Below are positions 19,398 through 29,603 of a stretch of 64,000 nt of DNA, one piece after another. Location of the stretch: assembly GCA_048940645.1 (NCBI GenBank), contig JBHLOI010000004.1, positions 32,001 through 96,000 on the forward strand. The letters are read 5' to 3'. Each line of letters begins with the position of its first letter. Positions within the stretch are counted from its first letter, which is position 1. Below the pieces are notes generated by a model that did not search any database, had not been told where the DNA came from, and saw only the letters and a list, made by a program, of their open reading frames with translations. This DNA is from Promethearchaeota archaeon (GTDB lineage Archaea; Asgardarchaeota; Lokiarchaeia; Sigyniarchaeales; SOKP01). The translations under genes and the position numbers were made by a program.

Positions 19398-20063
19398 TTA
19401 TTTTTGAAAAATATAGAATGCACAATCAAATTCTTTAGGATTTTTCTTAACCATGTTGATTTCTTCTTCATAAGGCTTCAAACTTTTAATCTCTTTATAT
19501 TTTTTATATTTAGAACGTAATTCCTTGATCTTTTTTTCCATCGGTAAATAATATTCTTTCCACCAACATTCTTCTGGTAATAAGAACTTATTTAAGAGAT
19601 TAAAACCGTATTCAGGAAAGACTTCTAAGTTCTTGTTAATCCATTTTATTCCTTCTCCCACTACCAAAAACCCATTTGGCTTTAATACTCGGTGACATTC
19701 CACTAAACTTTTCTTGATATTAAGGAGATGTAATACTCCTTCATCCCAAATAAGATTAAAACTCTCCGCTGAGAAGTCTGTATTATATACAGAACGATTT
19801 AATATTCTTATACGAGTTGAAAGACCTTCTTTTACAATTTTTAATTTAAATCTATCTAAAGCAGTTTGATTTATATCAATTCCAGTGATCTCACCATCGC
19901 TAAGCCTTGCTAATTCGATTGTTGGGGCACCAGACCCGCAACCAATATCTAAAATACTTGGATTTTCCATTTTAGGAAGCATATTAAATGTTTTCCTTGT
20001 ATATTTTAAGAAGACCTCGCGCATTTTTTCAACATCTAATTCATTCGAAATATCTAACGACAT
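19398..20063 (-). CDS. Class I SAM-dependent methyltransferase
   Basis: ILDIGCGSG, GID, LKPNG. Confidence 0.88.
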   Translation of the reverse strand: MSLDISNELDVEKMREVFLKYTRKTFNMLPKMENPSILDIGCGSGAPTIELARLSDGEITGIDINQTALDRFKLKIVKEGLSTRIRILNRSVYNTDFSAESFNLIWDEGVLHLLNIKKSLVECHRVLKPNGFLVVGEGIKWINKNLEVFPEYGFNLLNKFLLPEECWWKEYYLPMEKKIKELRSKYKKYKEIKSLKPYEEEINMVKKNPKEFDCAFYIFQK

Positions 20064-20073
20064 TTTCTTTTTT

Positions 20074-21243
20074 TTAAATTGATTTTTTTATTGTTTCCCA
20101 TGCATTAATTTCTAATTCTGCCCATTCTTGAATACCCTTATCTATATGGGGGATACGGTCTCTCCATGCATCTAATTCCTTTTTAGCCCCATTTGTAACT
20201 TCTTCAGTTTCATCATCAAGCTTTTTCAACTGCTTCTGATAATTACTACCTCCTTCTTCCGTAATCTCATTGCTTTTTAGGAATAATCCTCTTAATTTTC
20301 CAATGTTAGGAAGGTCATCCGGCAACATAATAGTTTCTAATTCTCGAATTTTATAAACAATTTCATCAAACATATATGAAGCTTTAAGAAGCCCATTATT
20401 ACTTAATAAATTTCCTGCTTCTTTTAAGAAATCCCGATATAAAATTCGAAACATTGCACCACCAGTCCCCCCCGTCTCCATGTAAATAAACACAGAAACT
20501 ATACCAAACAATAGATTATCATCATTAAAGTTGGTAGCCCACGTCGGAAGCATCTTTCTCCATTTCTCAAAACCAGTCAATCCCATATTACGGATTGGAG
20601 GATTGTACATATAATTCACATTAGCCTTTATAGCAGTGGGAATAATTTCCTTTAAATTCTTAACCTTTTTTGGTAAGATTAATTCAACTAATTTATTCTT
20701 GGCTGGAAAAGGTGCGTGTTTACTCCCCCTTGCTGCCTTTAATTGCTCATAGGACATTATATGGGGATTAGCATATCGATCAGAAATATAAACTTCATTT
20801 TTTTCCTCATCAATTCCATATGTTACAAATGTATGGGCGCCAAAATGACCCGATTGTTCATTAGGGATGGGGGTGCCCTCTGCAAAAAAGAAAGGCAGAT
20901 ACGCAAAATCAACAAATGTTATAGCGGGTTTTCCTTTCTCTAATAATGCAATTAGATTATTATGGGCAGCATTTTCTGATGCTGTCTCTGTAACTTTTAT
21001 ACTTCCTCCTAGAATGCTTAAAACCCTTTCAAAAACCTCGGTTTTCTTCACTGCTAGTCCTAAAACCATTGGAAAGGGCATTCTTTTCATGTAGAAATAG
21101 AAAAAACCTAACCCTGAGCACAATCCAATTATCATTGGTTCGGAAAGTTCAATGCCATAATAAGCGAGGACTTTTCTTAAACTTGAAGTCTGGCAATTTG
21201 CACCTGCCATATGTTTAAAATCATCTATTATTATTCTAACCAT
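20074..21243 (-). CDS. BtrH-like papain-fold cysteine hydrolase (DUF4872-type)
   Basis: NCQTSSL, LSEPM, DFAYLPF, HFGAH, ETGGTGG. Confidence 0.7.
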   Translation of the reverse strand: MVRIIIDDFKHMAGANCQTSSLRKVLAYYGIELSEPMIIGLCSGLGFFYFYMKRMPFPMVLGLAVKKTEVFERVLSILGGSIKVTETASENAAHNNLIALLEKGKPAITFVDFAYLPFFFAEGTPIPNEQSGHFGAHTFVTYGIDEEKNEVYISDRYANPHIMSYEQLKAARGSKHAPFPAKNKLVELILPKKVKNLKEIIPTAIKANVNYMYNPPIRNMGLTGFEKWRKMLPTWATNFNDDNLLFGIVSVFIYMETGGTGGAMFRILYRDFLKEAGNLLSNNGLLKASYMFDEIVYKIRELETIMLPDDLPNIGKLRGLFLKSNEITEEGGSNYQKQLKKLDDETEEVTNGAKKELDAWRDRIPHIDKGIQEWAELEINAWETIKKSI

Positions 21244-21255
21244 TTTTTTCCCCTT

Positions 21256-21693
21256 CTACTTTATATTTGGATTAATTTTATTACCACAATCATAGCATTC
21301 TGCATCGTGAATGCAAATTTCACCCTTACATTTGGGGCATGTATAGAGTTTTTCTTGCTCCTGGAGCCACAATTCAACTCCAATTTCTTCAATTCTTCTT
21401 AAATTATTAATCATATTGACGGAATACCTTTCTTGATAAAGACTATCCATTTTTTGTAGCTTTTGACAAGGGAAGCTATCACATTCATAACAAAATTCTA
21501 ATTCTTTTTTTCTCAATGCCGGACAATCTTTTCTTATAAATGCACAATTTTTATTTCTTATTCGACAACCTTTACAACCTATTTTATACCCTCTTTCTTC
21601 TAATAAATCTTTTTTCCAGAGGAGATACTGCCTGCAAGCACCACAATATATACCGCAGGGTGCTGCTAAATTATTATCAACCATTTTTTCCAC
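21256..21693 (-). CDS. DUF3795-like Cys-rich protein
   Basis: APCGIYCGAC, CKGCR, FCYECDSFPC, C-terminal CPKC/CYDC. Confidence 0.8.
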   Translation of the reverse strand: MEKMVDNNLAAPCGIYCGACRQYLLWKKDLLEERGYKIGCKGCRIRNKNCAFIRKDCPALRKKELEFCYECDSFPCQKLQKMDSLYQERYSVNMINNLRRIEEIGVELWLQEQEKLYTCPKCKGEICIHDAECYDCGNKINPNIK

Positions 21694-21723
21694 TACTCAT
21701 GCTTTTATTTTTATGTATTTATT

Positions 21724-22740
21724 TTAACTATAATATCGTTTTAACACTCTTAAGGCAAATAATGTAATCCATTTACTTTCCTTTCCTTTTTGTTCGATAT
21801 TTGCCTGCATTCGCCCATTAAAAGATTTCTCTAATATCCATCGACCATTCTCATTTTGCTTTGATACAATTAAATCAATGGCTTCTGTCATTCTATCGTC
21901 TTTACAGCCTAATTTTGTTAAGATATCTGAAACTTCTAAAGAATCGATTTTCCAAAATAAAGGAAAACCAAATTCAACCCATTCTTGCTTCGCAACAGCT
22001 TCCAAATTATGACTTTGCTTATAAATATGATGATTAAGCATAAATTCAGTTGCTTTATTTATTGTATCTCTTACATCATTTGATCTTTTATCTGGGGGTA
22101 TCTCCGCCAGTGCCTTTAAATTTTTCACAACCGCCATATGACATGTGTGTGTTCCCCAACAAGCTTCACCTTTCTTAGAGCCTACAGTATAAGGCCATTC
22201 TTCTGGAGGCCTTTTTCCACCATCATCAAAGCGTTGATATTTGGTAATCCAGTCTATCCCTTGTTGGATTCTAGAATCCCCCAAATATCCAAATCTAATC
22301 AAACTCCAGAGCATATTACCGGTTAAACAAGCTAATACTTTATTATGATCACCACCATTTTCTCCACTATAATAAGCAAATGCTCCACTTAACTTATCTT
22401 GAGAATTCTGAAGGATAAATTCACAAGTCTTCATAATCTTTTCATCATTACCATCAGCATGAAGTTCAGATAATACTATGAACTGCCAAATTGTTCCTTT
22501 ATATTTTGTTCTAATGTAAAAATTTTCAGCAATTTCCCAAAATCCATCGGTTTTTTGCTTACTCAAAATTTTAGGAACAACACCAACCGTCATAATTTTT
22601 TCTTGTGTCTTTTTAACCTTATCATCGTTCGGGTTCTTATCTAAAAGATCTGTTAGCGTAAAATAACGAACTGAAGGATTATTTTCTTCTAATAACCATT
22701 CAATTGGATCTGATTTCAAATATGATTTCCAATTTCTCAT
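21724..22740 (-). CDS. Terpene cyclase/prenyltransferase-fold (alpha/alpha barrel) protein
   Basis: WLLEENNPSVRY, QW-like repeats (KQKTDGFW, KQNENGRW), SKWITL. Confidence 0.7.
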   Translation of the reverse strand: MRNWKSYLKSDPIEWLLEENNPSVRYFTLTDLLDKNPNDDKVKKTQEKIMTVGVVPKILSKQKTDGFWEIAENFYIRTKYKGTIWQFIVLSELHADGNDEKIMKTCEFILQNSQDKLSGAFAYYSGENGGDHNKVLACLTGNMLWSLIRFGYLGDSRIQQGIDWITKYQRFDDGGKRPPEEWPYTVGSKKGEACWGTHTCHMAVVKNLKALAEIPPDKRSNDVRDTINKATEFMLNHHIYKQSHNLEAVAKQEWVEFGFPLFWKIDSLEVSDILTKLGCKDDRMTEAIDLIVSKQNENGRWILEKSFNGRMQANIEQKGKESKWITLFALRVLKRYYS

Positions 22741-22759
22741 TCTCTCAAACTCCTATAAA

Positions 22760-23896
22760 TTAAATTTTAATTTTGGATAATTTCTTAAAGAGCTGTTCCT
22801 CTTCTGACAATATTTCTAAAGTAAGATTATGTAGTTCATTTAGATTTACGTGCTTTAAACATTCATTTTTATATTCATCAGCAGCATTTTTTAAAGTCTC
22901 TGCTAAAAGCGTCCATTTTTGAGCAGATGCAGTCAAGTGTGGAAGAGAAGCCTTTAAAATTTCCAATTCATCAATTTTCCATGCTCTTTGACCCTCTTTT
23001 AACTCCGGGTGATCTACAAGCTCTTCGATGAAGGATTTATACAAATTTCGAAAACTTGCTCCACCAGTCCCCCAAGTTTCAATATACCCATGTATTAATT
23101 CAAAGGTTAATCTAGCAGATGATTCTTCTTTTCCATTATAGGGATTAATAATTTGACCCTTTAATGTCTCATTCCAGTTTAATATTGCATTTGCGAAGCG
23201 TTTGAATCCTTGAATTCCAACATTATTCATTGATGGCCTTAACATATGATTTACAACTTTCTGGATTGCTAGCTTTACCCCTGCAGCGAATGGAGGATGT
23301 TTTCCGTCCACACGTCGTTGCATTGAATATTGGGTATTGTTAGGGTGTAAGAATTTTGGACCATGTCTAGAATTTCGTGCTTTTTTCAAATCTTCAATAA
23401 AAATTTCTTGAAAACCTTCAAATTCGGTATCTCCCACATACGCAAATCCTTTATCTTCATTGTATCCAGCAAGAGTTATTGCATGCCCCCCAAAATGGAT
23501 CTCTTCCTCTTCTTCAAAATAAGGCAAGAAACCTAAATCAACTTGAATTAATAATGGAACATCTTGCATGAGAAGCTTTTTAGATTCCTCCCATGCTTTA
23601 TCTGCACTTGTAAATGATTGCTTTCTTAAAGTAATACCTAAAAGCCGACAGGCTAAGGAATTTGGTGTGATTGTATCTTGTTTTCCACCAACAAAAATAG
23701 CCATATCTGAGGGTTCTGATCCAGCTGTTCTAGTGGAGCTATCAAAATATGCAAATCCCATTGTTCCATCAAGTCCAAATGCCATTGGTTCCGACATGGG
23801 AAATCCATAAAATTCAAACATATCTCTCATTGCAGAAGATTCACAATGGGAGCCAATTTTGTGAATAAAGTTATTTACCAAATGATTCTGAGTCAA
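22760..23896 (-). CDS. BtrH-like papain-fold cysteine hydrolase (second paralog)
   Basis: HCESSAM, MSEPMAFGL, DLGFLPY, HFGGH, GTGGASFR. Confidence 0.72.
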   Translation of the reverse strand: MTQNHLVNNFIHKIGSHCESSAMRDMFEFYGFPMSEPMAFGLDGTMGFAYFDSSTRTAGSEPSDMAIFVGGKQDTITPNSLACRLLGITLRKQSFTSADKAWEESKKLLMQDVPLLIQVDLGFLPYFEEEEEIHFGGHAITLAGYNEDKGFAYVGDTEFEGFQEIFIEDLKKARNSRHGPKFLHPNNTQYSMQRRVDGKHPPFAAGVKLAIQKVVNHMLRPSMNNVGIQGFKRFANAILNWNETLKGQIINPYNGKEESSARLTFELIHGYIETWGTGGASFRNLYKSFIEELVDHPELKEGQRAWKIDELEILKASLPHLTASAQKWTLLAETLKNAADEYKNECLKHVNLNELHNLTLEILSEEEQLFKKLSKIKI

Positions 23897-24452
23897 TTTG
23901 GCCTCCTCCTTTCTTAATTTCTTCTAAAACCCATTTCAAAAATTCAATATCAGTTCCTAATATCCTAATAGGATGTTCAAAAAGACCTCTAACATTCAAT
24001 GGCATATGAGAATTCTGCTTTAACATCCACTCTAATCCCTTTTTATGTTTTTTTATTTTGGCTAATGAATGATTAATTGCCTTAATTTGTTCTTCTCTTG
24101 ATAATAAAGGAAGCATTGAAAAGGCAACATAGAAATCCTCATCTTTCTTCCCCATAAATTCAGATAATACATTAATCATCTTTTTCTTTAACGCTTTAAA
24201 TCCAAGATCAGTTATAGTGTAAACCTTTCGAACTCTATTATCTACTTCTTCTTCATAAAACTCTACAAATTCGGCGTCTTCCAATTCACCTATAACCCGG
24301 TAAATTGAAGACTTCCCAATTGCAGTCCAAGCTCTCATACCTCTCTCTTCTATTCTCTGATTTATATTATAAGCATGGCTAGGAAATTCTGCGACTAAAC
24401 CTAGTAAAACAAATTGCTTATGAGTTAATCCATTTTCTGAGTTTTCAGACAT
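23871..24452 (-). CDS. PadR-family transcriptional regulator
   Basis: LLGLV...HAYNI...SSIYRVI...RKVYTITDLG. Confidence 0.88.
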   Translation of the reverse strand: MSENSENGLTHKQFVLLGLVAEFPSHAYNINQRIEERGMRAWTAIGKSSIYRVIGELEDAEFVEFYEEEVDNRVRKVYTITDLGFKALKKKMINVLSEFMGKKDEDFYVAFSMLPLLSREEQIKAINHSLAKIKKHKKGLEWMLKQNSHMPLNVRGLFEHPIRILGTDIEFLKWVLEEIKKGGGQIDSESFGK

Positions 24453-24478
24453 CCTAATCTTAATTTTTTAAAAAATCG

Positions 24479-24514
24479 AATATTCTCATTTGAGAATATT
24501 CTCATATGAGAGTA
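24479..24514. promoter_or_regulatory. Tandem palindromic operator upstream of padR
   Basis: TATTCTCA-TT-TGAGAATA overlapping TATTCTCA-TA-TGAGAGTA (16 bp period), downstream of minus-strand TATA at 24528-24535. Confidence 0.75.
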
Positions 24515-24612
24515 TATGTTAATTTTATATTTAAATCTTTTCATCAAGTTAGAGTAGATAAAATTGAAGACTACAAAAATCTATTATTAAAAATAAAAAA
24601 AAGTTTTATGTA

Positions 24613-25419
24613 TTAACCTTGAAATCTTTTTTCCAGTGTTTTTTGATGTATTGCAAAGGCTAAAAATAGAAAACCAAATCCAAATCCTAATAAAACTAAA
24701 ATGTCAATTATTAATCCAAAAGGTCCGAATGCACTAACTTCTCCTAACCCTACATTTATTATATCAAGAGAATATGTAAGTGGAGATATTATCGCAGTTG
24801 GCAGTGAAGTAATAGGCATAAAAAGCGGGCTAATAAATAGCAATGGAAATTTAATGAAGATTTGTAAAATCATTGTATTTCCAGGATTTTTTGTTGGTGG
24901 AGCAGAGATAATCAAACTAAAACTAGAAAAGACTAGTGCCGAAATAATCATACCAGCAATAATTAGAAAATAATTAATAAGCAATCCACTTGAGAGAAAT
25001 ATTACTCCTAAGACTAAAGGAATTGATGAGAATAACAAGCCATATATAAATGAACCCCAAATACTACCAATTAATATAGTTTTAATTGAAACTGGACAAG
25101 TAGTTAAACGCTCAAAAGTACCACGCATAGTCTCCCATGGAAAGATGATTGGGCCCAGAGAAGTTGAAGTCAAGAAAAGAACCATTGCTATTATTCCAGA
25201 AATAAGATAAACGGGTGATATAGTTCTTCCTATTGTAAAAGCAAGAAATAAAATTATCGGAAAAAATATTCCTTGAATTAATACAGGGGGTTTATTATAA
25301 TAAATTTTCAAATCTTTTTTAGTTATTGTAAAAGATCTTTTTAATTGTGTTTTAAAATTTCTAAACTTGGATTTTTTAGTAATTAAGTACTCCTTATTAA
25401 TTTTTACCACCCCTTTCAA
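24613..25419 (-). CDS. ABC-2 type exporter permease
   Basis: Six TM segments, E..RGTFERL..CP, SPLTY. Confidence 0.88.
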   Translation of the reverse strand: MKGVVKINKEYLITKKSKFRNFKTQLKRSFTITKKDLKIYYNKPPVLIQGIFFPIILFLAFTIGRTISPVYLISGIIAMVLFLTSTSLGPIIFPWETMRGTFERLTTCPVSIKTILIGSIWGSFIYGLLFSSIPLVLGVIFLSSGLLINYFLIIAGMIISALVFSSFSLIISAPPTKNPGNTMILQIFIKFPLLFISPLFMPITSLPTAIISPLTYSLDIINVGLGEVSAFGPFGLIIDILVLLGFGFGFLFLAFAIHQKTLEKRFQG

Positions 25420-26386
25420 TGATTTTTAAAAATGCATCCTCTAATTTTGGTTGATGTGTATTTAATTGTTTTATAATTAGATGATTCTGCTTTATGAAAT
25501 CTATTATTTCGCATATACTTTCATGAACGTCTTCTACAATTATGTGAAAACCTTCTCTTACCTCTTGAACTTCTCTCACTGTGCTTAATTCTTCAATTTG
25601 GTTTTTATTTACTCCATTGGCAAAATAAAAATCGATTGCTTTATATTCCTGAGTTAAATTTTTCAAGTTTTTAGGAGTATCCAAACTTATGATTTTACCA
25701 TGATGAATAATTGCAATCCTATGGCATAATTCGTTTGCTACCTCCATATCATGAGTCGTAAGGAAGATTGTCACACCTTTTTCATTATATTCTCTAATCA
25801 ATTGCTTAATAATGCGAGCAGATTGTACATCCAATCCACTTGTCGGTTCATCCAGAAATAAAATTTCTGGATCACTCATTAATGCCATACATAGCAATAA
25901 TCTTTGTTTCATTCCCTTCGAATATTTCATTGATTTCATATTACGCTTTTCATATAATTCGAATTTCTTAAGTAGAGCCTCTGCTCGTTTTAAGCGGACT
26001 TTTTTAGAAACACCATATATTTCTCCAATAAACATTAAATTTTGTAAACCTGACATTTCAAAATATACGTTTGCCTCCTCAGGAACATTTCCAGTAATCT
26101 GTTTGACGAGAATTTGATTCTTCCATACATCCAGTCCAAATATAGATACATTTCCTTTAGTAGGGTTTAATACTCCTGTCATCATACGAATCGTGGTTGT
26201 TTTTCCAGCACCATTAGGACCTAGAAATCCAAAGATTTCCCCCTTTTTCACCTCAAAGTTAATATTATCAACTGCTCGAATTATACCCTGCGTTCTTTGC
26301 GGACTATTTGGTCCCCTTTTCCCATTTTTCCCTTTTTTTGGGGATTTAAAATGTTTGGTTAGATTATTTACAATTATTGCGCTCAT
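25397..26386 (-). CDS. ABC exporter ATPase (DrrA/CcmA-like)
   Basis: GPNGAGKTT, YSKGMKQR, DEPTSGLD; start moved to MSAIIV, which follows an SD. Confidence 0.9.
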   Translation of the reverse strand: MSAIIVNNLTKHFKSPKKGKNGKRGPNSPQRTQGIIRAVDNINFEVKKGEIFGFLGPNGAGKTTTIRMMTGVLNPTKGNVSIFGLDVWKNQILVKQITGNVPEEANVYFEMSGLQNLMFIGEIYGVSKKVRLKRAEALLKKFELYEKRNMKSMKYSKGMKQRLLLCMALMSDPEILFLDEPTSGLDVQSARIIKQLIREYNEKGVTIFLTTHDMEVANELCHRIAIIHHGKIISLDTPKNLKNLTQEYKAIDFYFANGVNKNQIEELSTVREVQEVREGFHIIVEDVHESICEIIDFIKQNHLIIKQLNTHQPKLEDAFLKIIERGGKN

Positions 26387-26396
26387 TTTAATACCT

Positions 26397-26555
26397 CTAC
26401 TTCTCTTCTTCATCTAATTGAATGTGCTTTAAAAGCTCATTGATAGGTTGATCACCATGACATTTGATAATTTGATTTAGAGAACACCCGTGTGGATGCT
26501 TATCTTTTATTTCAGGCTTATCGCAAGCACATTCTTCTGTTTCCTTTATTTTCAT
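26397..26555 (-). CDS. 52-aa Cys/His-rich microprotein
   Basis: Not in ORF track: MKIKETEECACDKPEIKDKHPHGCSLNQIIKCHGDQPINELLKHIQLDEEEK; directly precedes the ATPase gene. Confidence 0.7.
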   Translation of the reverse strand: MKIKETEECACDKPEIKDKHPHGCSLNQIIKCHGDQPINELLKHIQLDEEEK

Positions 26556-26735
26556 TTTGTAATTACCTTCAATTCTTTATTTTTGGTTTTTCTTAATACT
26601 TGGAACAAGTACAACTATCACAATAGAGTTTTATAAAAATTTTTTAATTAGTTAAATGATAGATTGAACTAATCAAACCATATATTTAAATATTCCTAAA
26701 ATTTCTATATTATAGGATTTTGAAGGTTTAAGGAT

Positions 26736-27083
26736 ATGACAAAAGAAATAGATCTTGAAAATATGGGTGATTATATAAAAGCACTGCATTGTGAAATTCG
26801 TTGGGTTTTAATAGACATTTTACGAGATGGTCCAAAATCTTCTGATGAGATTTTTAACCATCTTAAAAGTGTTAGTGGAAAAATTAACGATAATATAAAA
26901 TGCCATGGTATGTGTGGTAAAGGAGATTTTAAGGATTTAAAGAAACCATCTTTATATTATCATCTTAGGGAATTAGAAAACGTAGGTATTATTAAAGCAG
27001 ATTACAAGCCAAGCGAAAGTAAAAGAGCCCCTGAAAAAGTATGGAAATTGAATTTGGAAAAACTAACAATAAATTTAAAATAA
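26736..27083 (+). CDS. ArsR/SmtB-family regulator
   Basis: KALHCEIRW..L..GPKS, LYYHLRELENVGII; CHGMC insertion. Confidence 0.82.
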   Translation: MTKEIDLENMGDYIKALHCEIRWVLIDILRDGPKSSDEIFNHLKSVSGKINDNIKCHGMCGKGDFKDLKKPSLYYHLRELENVGIIKADYKPSESKRAPEKVWKLNLEKLTINLK

Positions 27084-27169
27084 ATTTAATCATATCCTTT
27101 CTCAACTCTAAATATAACATTAACCTTTCGAGCAACATTAACAAACTGGATTAAAAAAAAAAAGAATTT

Positions 27170-27973
27170 TTAAGTGTATTTTTCATGTAAGCTTTTTATA
27201 AAATCATCAAGTTCCTTCATAGACTTTTTTTCTGTATCATATGCAACTATCCCGCACTCATCTTCTAAATCAAAAAATGATTTAATATATCTTTTATTCA
27301 TGATGGCTAACATTGATTTTATAAAGAATAAAAATTCTGTCTGGTATTTTGTTAATTGCTTCACAAAAGTAAGAGTTTCTTCTTCAAGTTTATCCGGTGG
27401 AAACACCCGTGTTGGAAAATTAATATTTTGCAATTCTTGTATCCCTACTTTATCAGTAGTAAAAAGAAGATTTTTTGCGTAAGTTAATCCAAATGCTATT
27501 AAAGGCAGGAATGTAGCTCCAGTCTGCGGAAAAGCGGATATAGCTATTTCCGGAAGCCTTAAATACAACTCATCCTTAGGTCTATTCGCAAACACTCGTA
27601 AGTCTGACGCCAAGGTTATTAATACTCCAAAACCAACGGCAATACCTTGGACTTGGACTATCACAGGCTTCTTTAGTAGAACAATACTCTCATTAACGTT
27701 TCTTCCCCATTCTTGGATCATTTTTGCCTTTTCAGGAGATCCTTGAATCTCTTTTAGGTCATATCCCGCAGAAAAGAACCTATCCCCTGTACTCTTAATT
27801 AAGATACATTTAACTTTCTCATTTTTATCAGCGTCAATTAAACTCTCGTGAATCTTTTTCAACATTGCAACATTACAAGAGTTAGCCTTATCGGGTCTAT
27901 TAATTGTAATAATAGCAATTCGTCCTTTTATTTCGTATAAAATCAAATCTTGGCTACTCATAAGAATTGACAC
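27170..27973 (-). CDS. Enoyl-CoA hydratase/isomerase family protein
   Basis: INRPDKANS, FSAGYDL, KPVIVQVQG, LPE. Confidence 0.88.
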   Translation of the reverse strand: MSILMSSQDLILYEIKGRIAIITINRPDKANSCNVAMLKKIHESLIDADKNEKVKCILIKSTGDRFFSAGYDLKEIQGSPEKAKMIQEWGRNVNESIVLLKKPVIVQVQGIAVGFGVLITLASDLRVFANRPKDELYLRLPEIAISAFPQTGATFLPLIAFGLTYAKNLLFTTDKVGIQELQNINFPTRVFPPDKLEEETLTFVKQLTKYQTEFLFFIKSMLAIMNKRYIKSFFDLEDECGIVAYDTEKKSMKELDDFIKSLHEKYT

Positions 27974-28114
27974 TTAAAATTTAATTAAAGATGTAAATGG
28001 AATGATTTTTAGATTACTAATGAACTATCAATCTATTATATAATAAATATTTTAACTATTAAGGTTTATATAGACTATTATCTGAGATAAAAACATTCAA
28101 ACAATAATCGATAG

Positions 28115-28591
28115 GTGATAAATATAGAAAATATAATTATGATTAAAGAAGAATTTAATTGTGACGTACCTACAGCTTTTAAAATGTTTACAGAAAATAA
28201 TTTAATCGAATCTTGGTTAACCGAGAAGGCTGATGTAGAAGCAAAAATTAGAGGTAAGTATGAGCTTTTCTGGGACCCTAACAATCCCAAAGATAATAGT
28301 ACTATTGGGTGTAAAGTTACTGGAGTTGAGCCTAACAAATTTATTTCATTTGATTGGAAGGGACCTGTACAATTTAAATCCTTTATGAATTCTGCTGATC
28401 CGTTAACTCACATTATTGTATTTTTTTCTGTTAATGATCATCTGAACCAGAATAACACTAATATTTACCTTTTCCATACTGGGTGGAGAAAAACCCAAGA
28501 ATGGCAAGATGCTCGTAATTTCTTTGAAAAAGCCTGGAAAAAAGCTTTCAAGGAATTAAAAGAAAGAATTAGTGAAGGAATAAATATTTGA
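28115..28591 (+). CDS. SRPBCC/AHSA1-like domain protein
   Basis: FT....IESWL...ADVEAKIRGKYELFW, HTGW, terminal W..A...L helix. Confidence 0.82.
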   Translation: MINIENIIMIKEEFNCDVPTAFKMFTENNLIESWLTEKADVEAKIRGKYELFWDPNNPKDNSTIGCKVTGVEPNKFISFDWKGPVQFKSFMNSADPLTHIIVFFSVNDHLNQNNTNIYLFHTGWRKTQEWQDARNFFEKAWKKAFKELKERISEGINI

Positions 28592-28607
28592 TGAGATTAA
28601 CCCTTTT

Positions 28608-29603
28608 TCACTTATTCGTAGTAAGTACACTTTTAGGGATATGGATTGCGAATTTACATTCCAGGGCACCATTTAAAGCAGTCTGCACAGGTTCAACTTT
28701 AATGGATTGCTCGAAAAGTTGATCCCAATAAAGCTTATACCAACCCGCACTACAATGACAGAAATCTTCTGTAATTTCTTTTTCAGTACCATTTTTTATT
28801 GCTCCTCTAATCCAAGGACAATAACAAATAAAAAATTTCTTCATTCGATCATCTTTAGCATCTAAAAACTTCCTCATTTGGTAAGGAAGTTTTGATACAT
28901 ATATGATATTTTTATCTCTAATCCCTTCAGCAATCATCTGATTATTTTTTACATATTGTATTATCTCATCATCTATTTTCTGTGCAAATTCTAAAGTACC
29001 TTCATCTCTATGTTTCTCAAGTCTTGCTATTAGATCTTGATGTTTCTTCACTAAAAAACGATCTATCCCTACTTCCTTTAGGAGTTTTTTATCACCCTCA
29101 ATATCATCTGGAGGTCGTCCATGAAGGCATGGTGAAAGTAGATCAACAACTTTTTCCTTCCCAATTTTTTTTTCCAGTCTTTTTAAAATAACCTTTGTAA
29201 ATTCGGGTTTCTTTTCAGGATGAATACCAAGCGGGGGAATAATTAAATCTTGGAAGATTTCATCCCTTAAAGGTTCGCTATAAAATTCTGCTACTCTCGA
29301 GTACAAGTTATCCATTGCGTTATAAGATTCACTAATATCTATTACTTTAGTAATAAATTCATATCTCTTAGTAAAATTAGCATAGTACATTATTGCTCTT
29401 AGGAAATCTAAAACAAATTCTCCATCCAGCGAGACGAGATATTCAGAATATTCCATAATCTTTTCAGGTAAACTTATTTCAAGGGTTAGGTTATCGTTAG
29501 AGAGAAATTTTTCATAATTCTTAATTTGTTCAATTAATTTTGTAATGATTTGACTCTCAACTTTTCTTTCTTTCAAATACTTTTTAAATTTAGCTTCATT
29601 CAT
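28608..29603 (-). CDS. Hypothetical protein with C-terminal Cys motif domain (DUF6144/V4R-like)
   Basis: CYCPW, FCHCSAGW, CKFAI. Confidence 0.6.
   Translation of the reverse strand: MNEAKFKKYLKERKVESQIITKLIEQIKNYEKFLSNDNLTLEISLPEKIMEYSEYLVSLDGEFVLDFLRAIMYYANFTKRYEFITKVIDISESYNAMDNLYSRVAEFYSEPLRDEIFQDLIIPPLGIHPEKKPEFTKVILKRLEKKIGKEKVVDLLSPCLHGRPPDDIEGDKKLLKEVGIDRFLVKKHQDLIARLEKHRDEGTLEFAQKIDDEIIQYVKNNQMIAEGIRDKNIIYVSKLPYQMRKFLDAKDDRMKKFFICYCPWIRGAIKNGTEKEITEDFCHCSAGWYKLYWDQLFEQSIKVEPVQTALNGALECKFAIHIPKSVLTTNK

Noticed and set aside
21724-22740. Possible squalene/sterol cyclase
   Set aside because: Single domain of about 340 aa with no DxDD motif; only the fold-level QW-like repeats are present.
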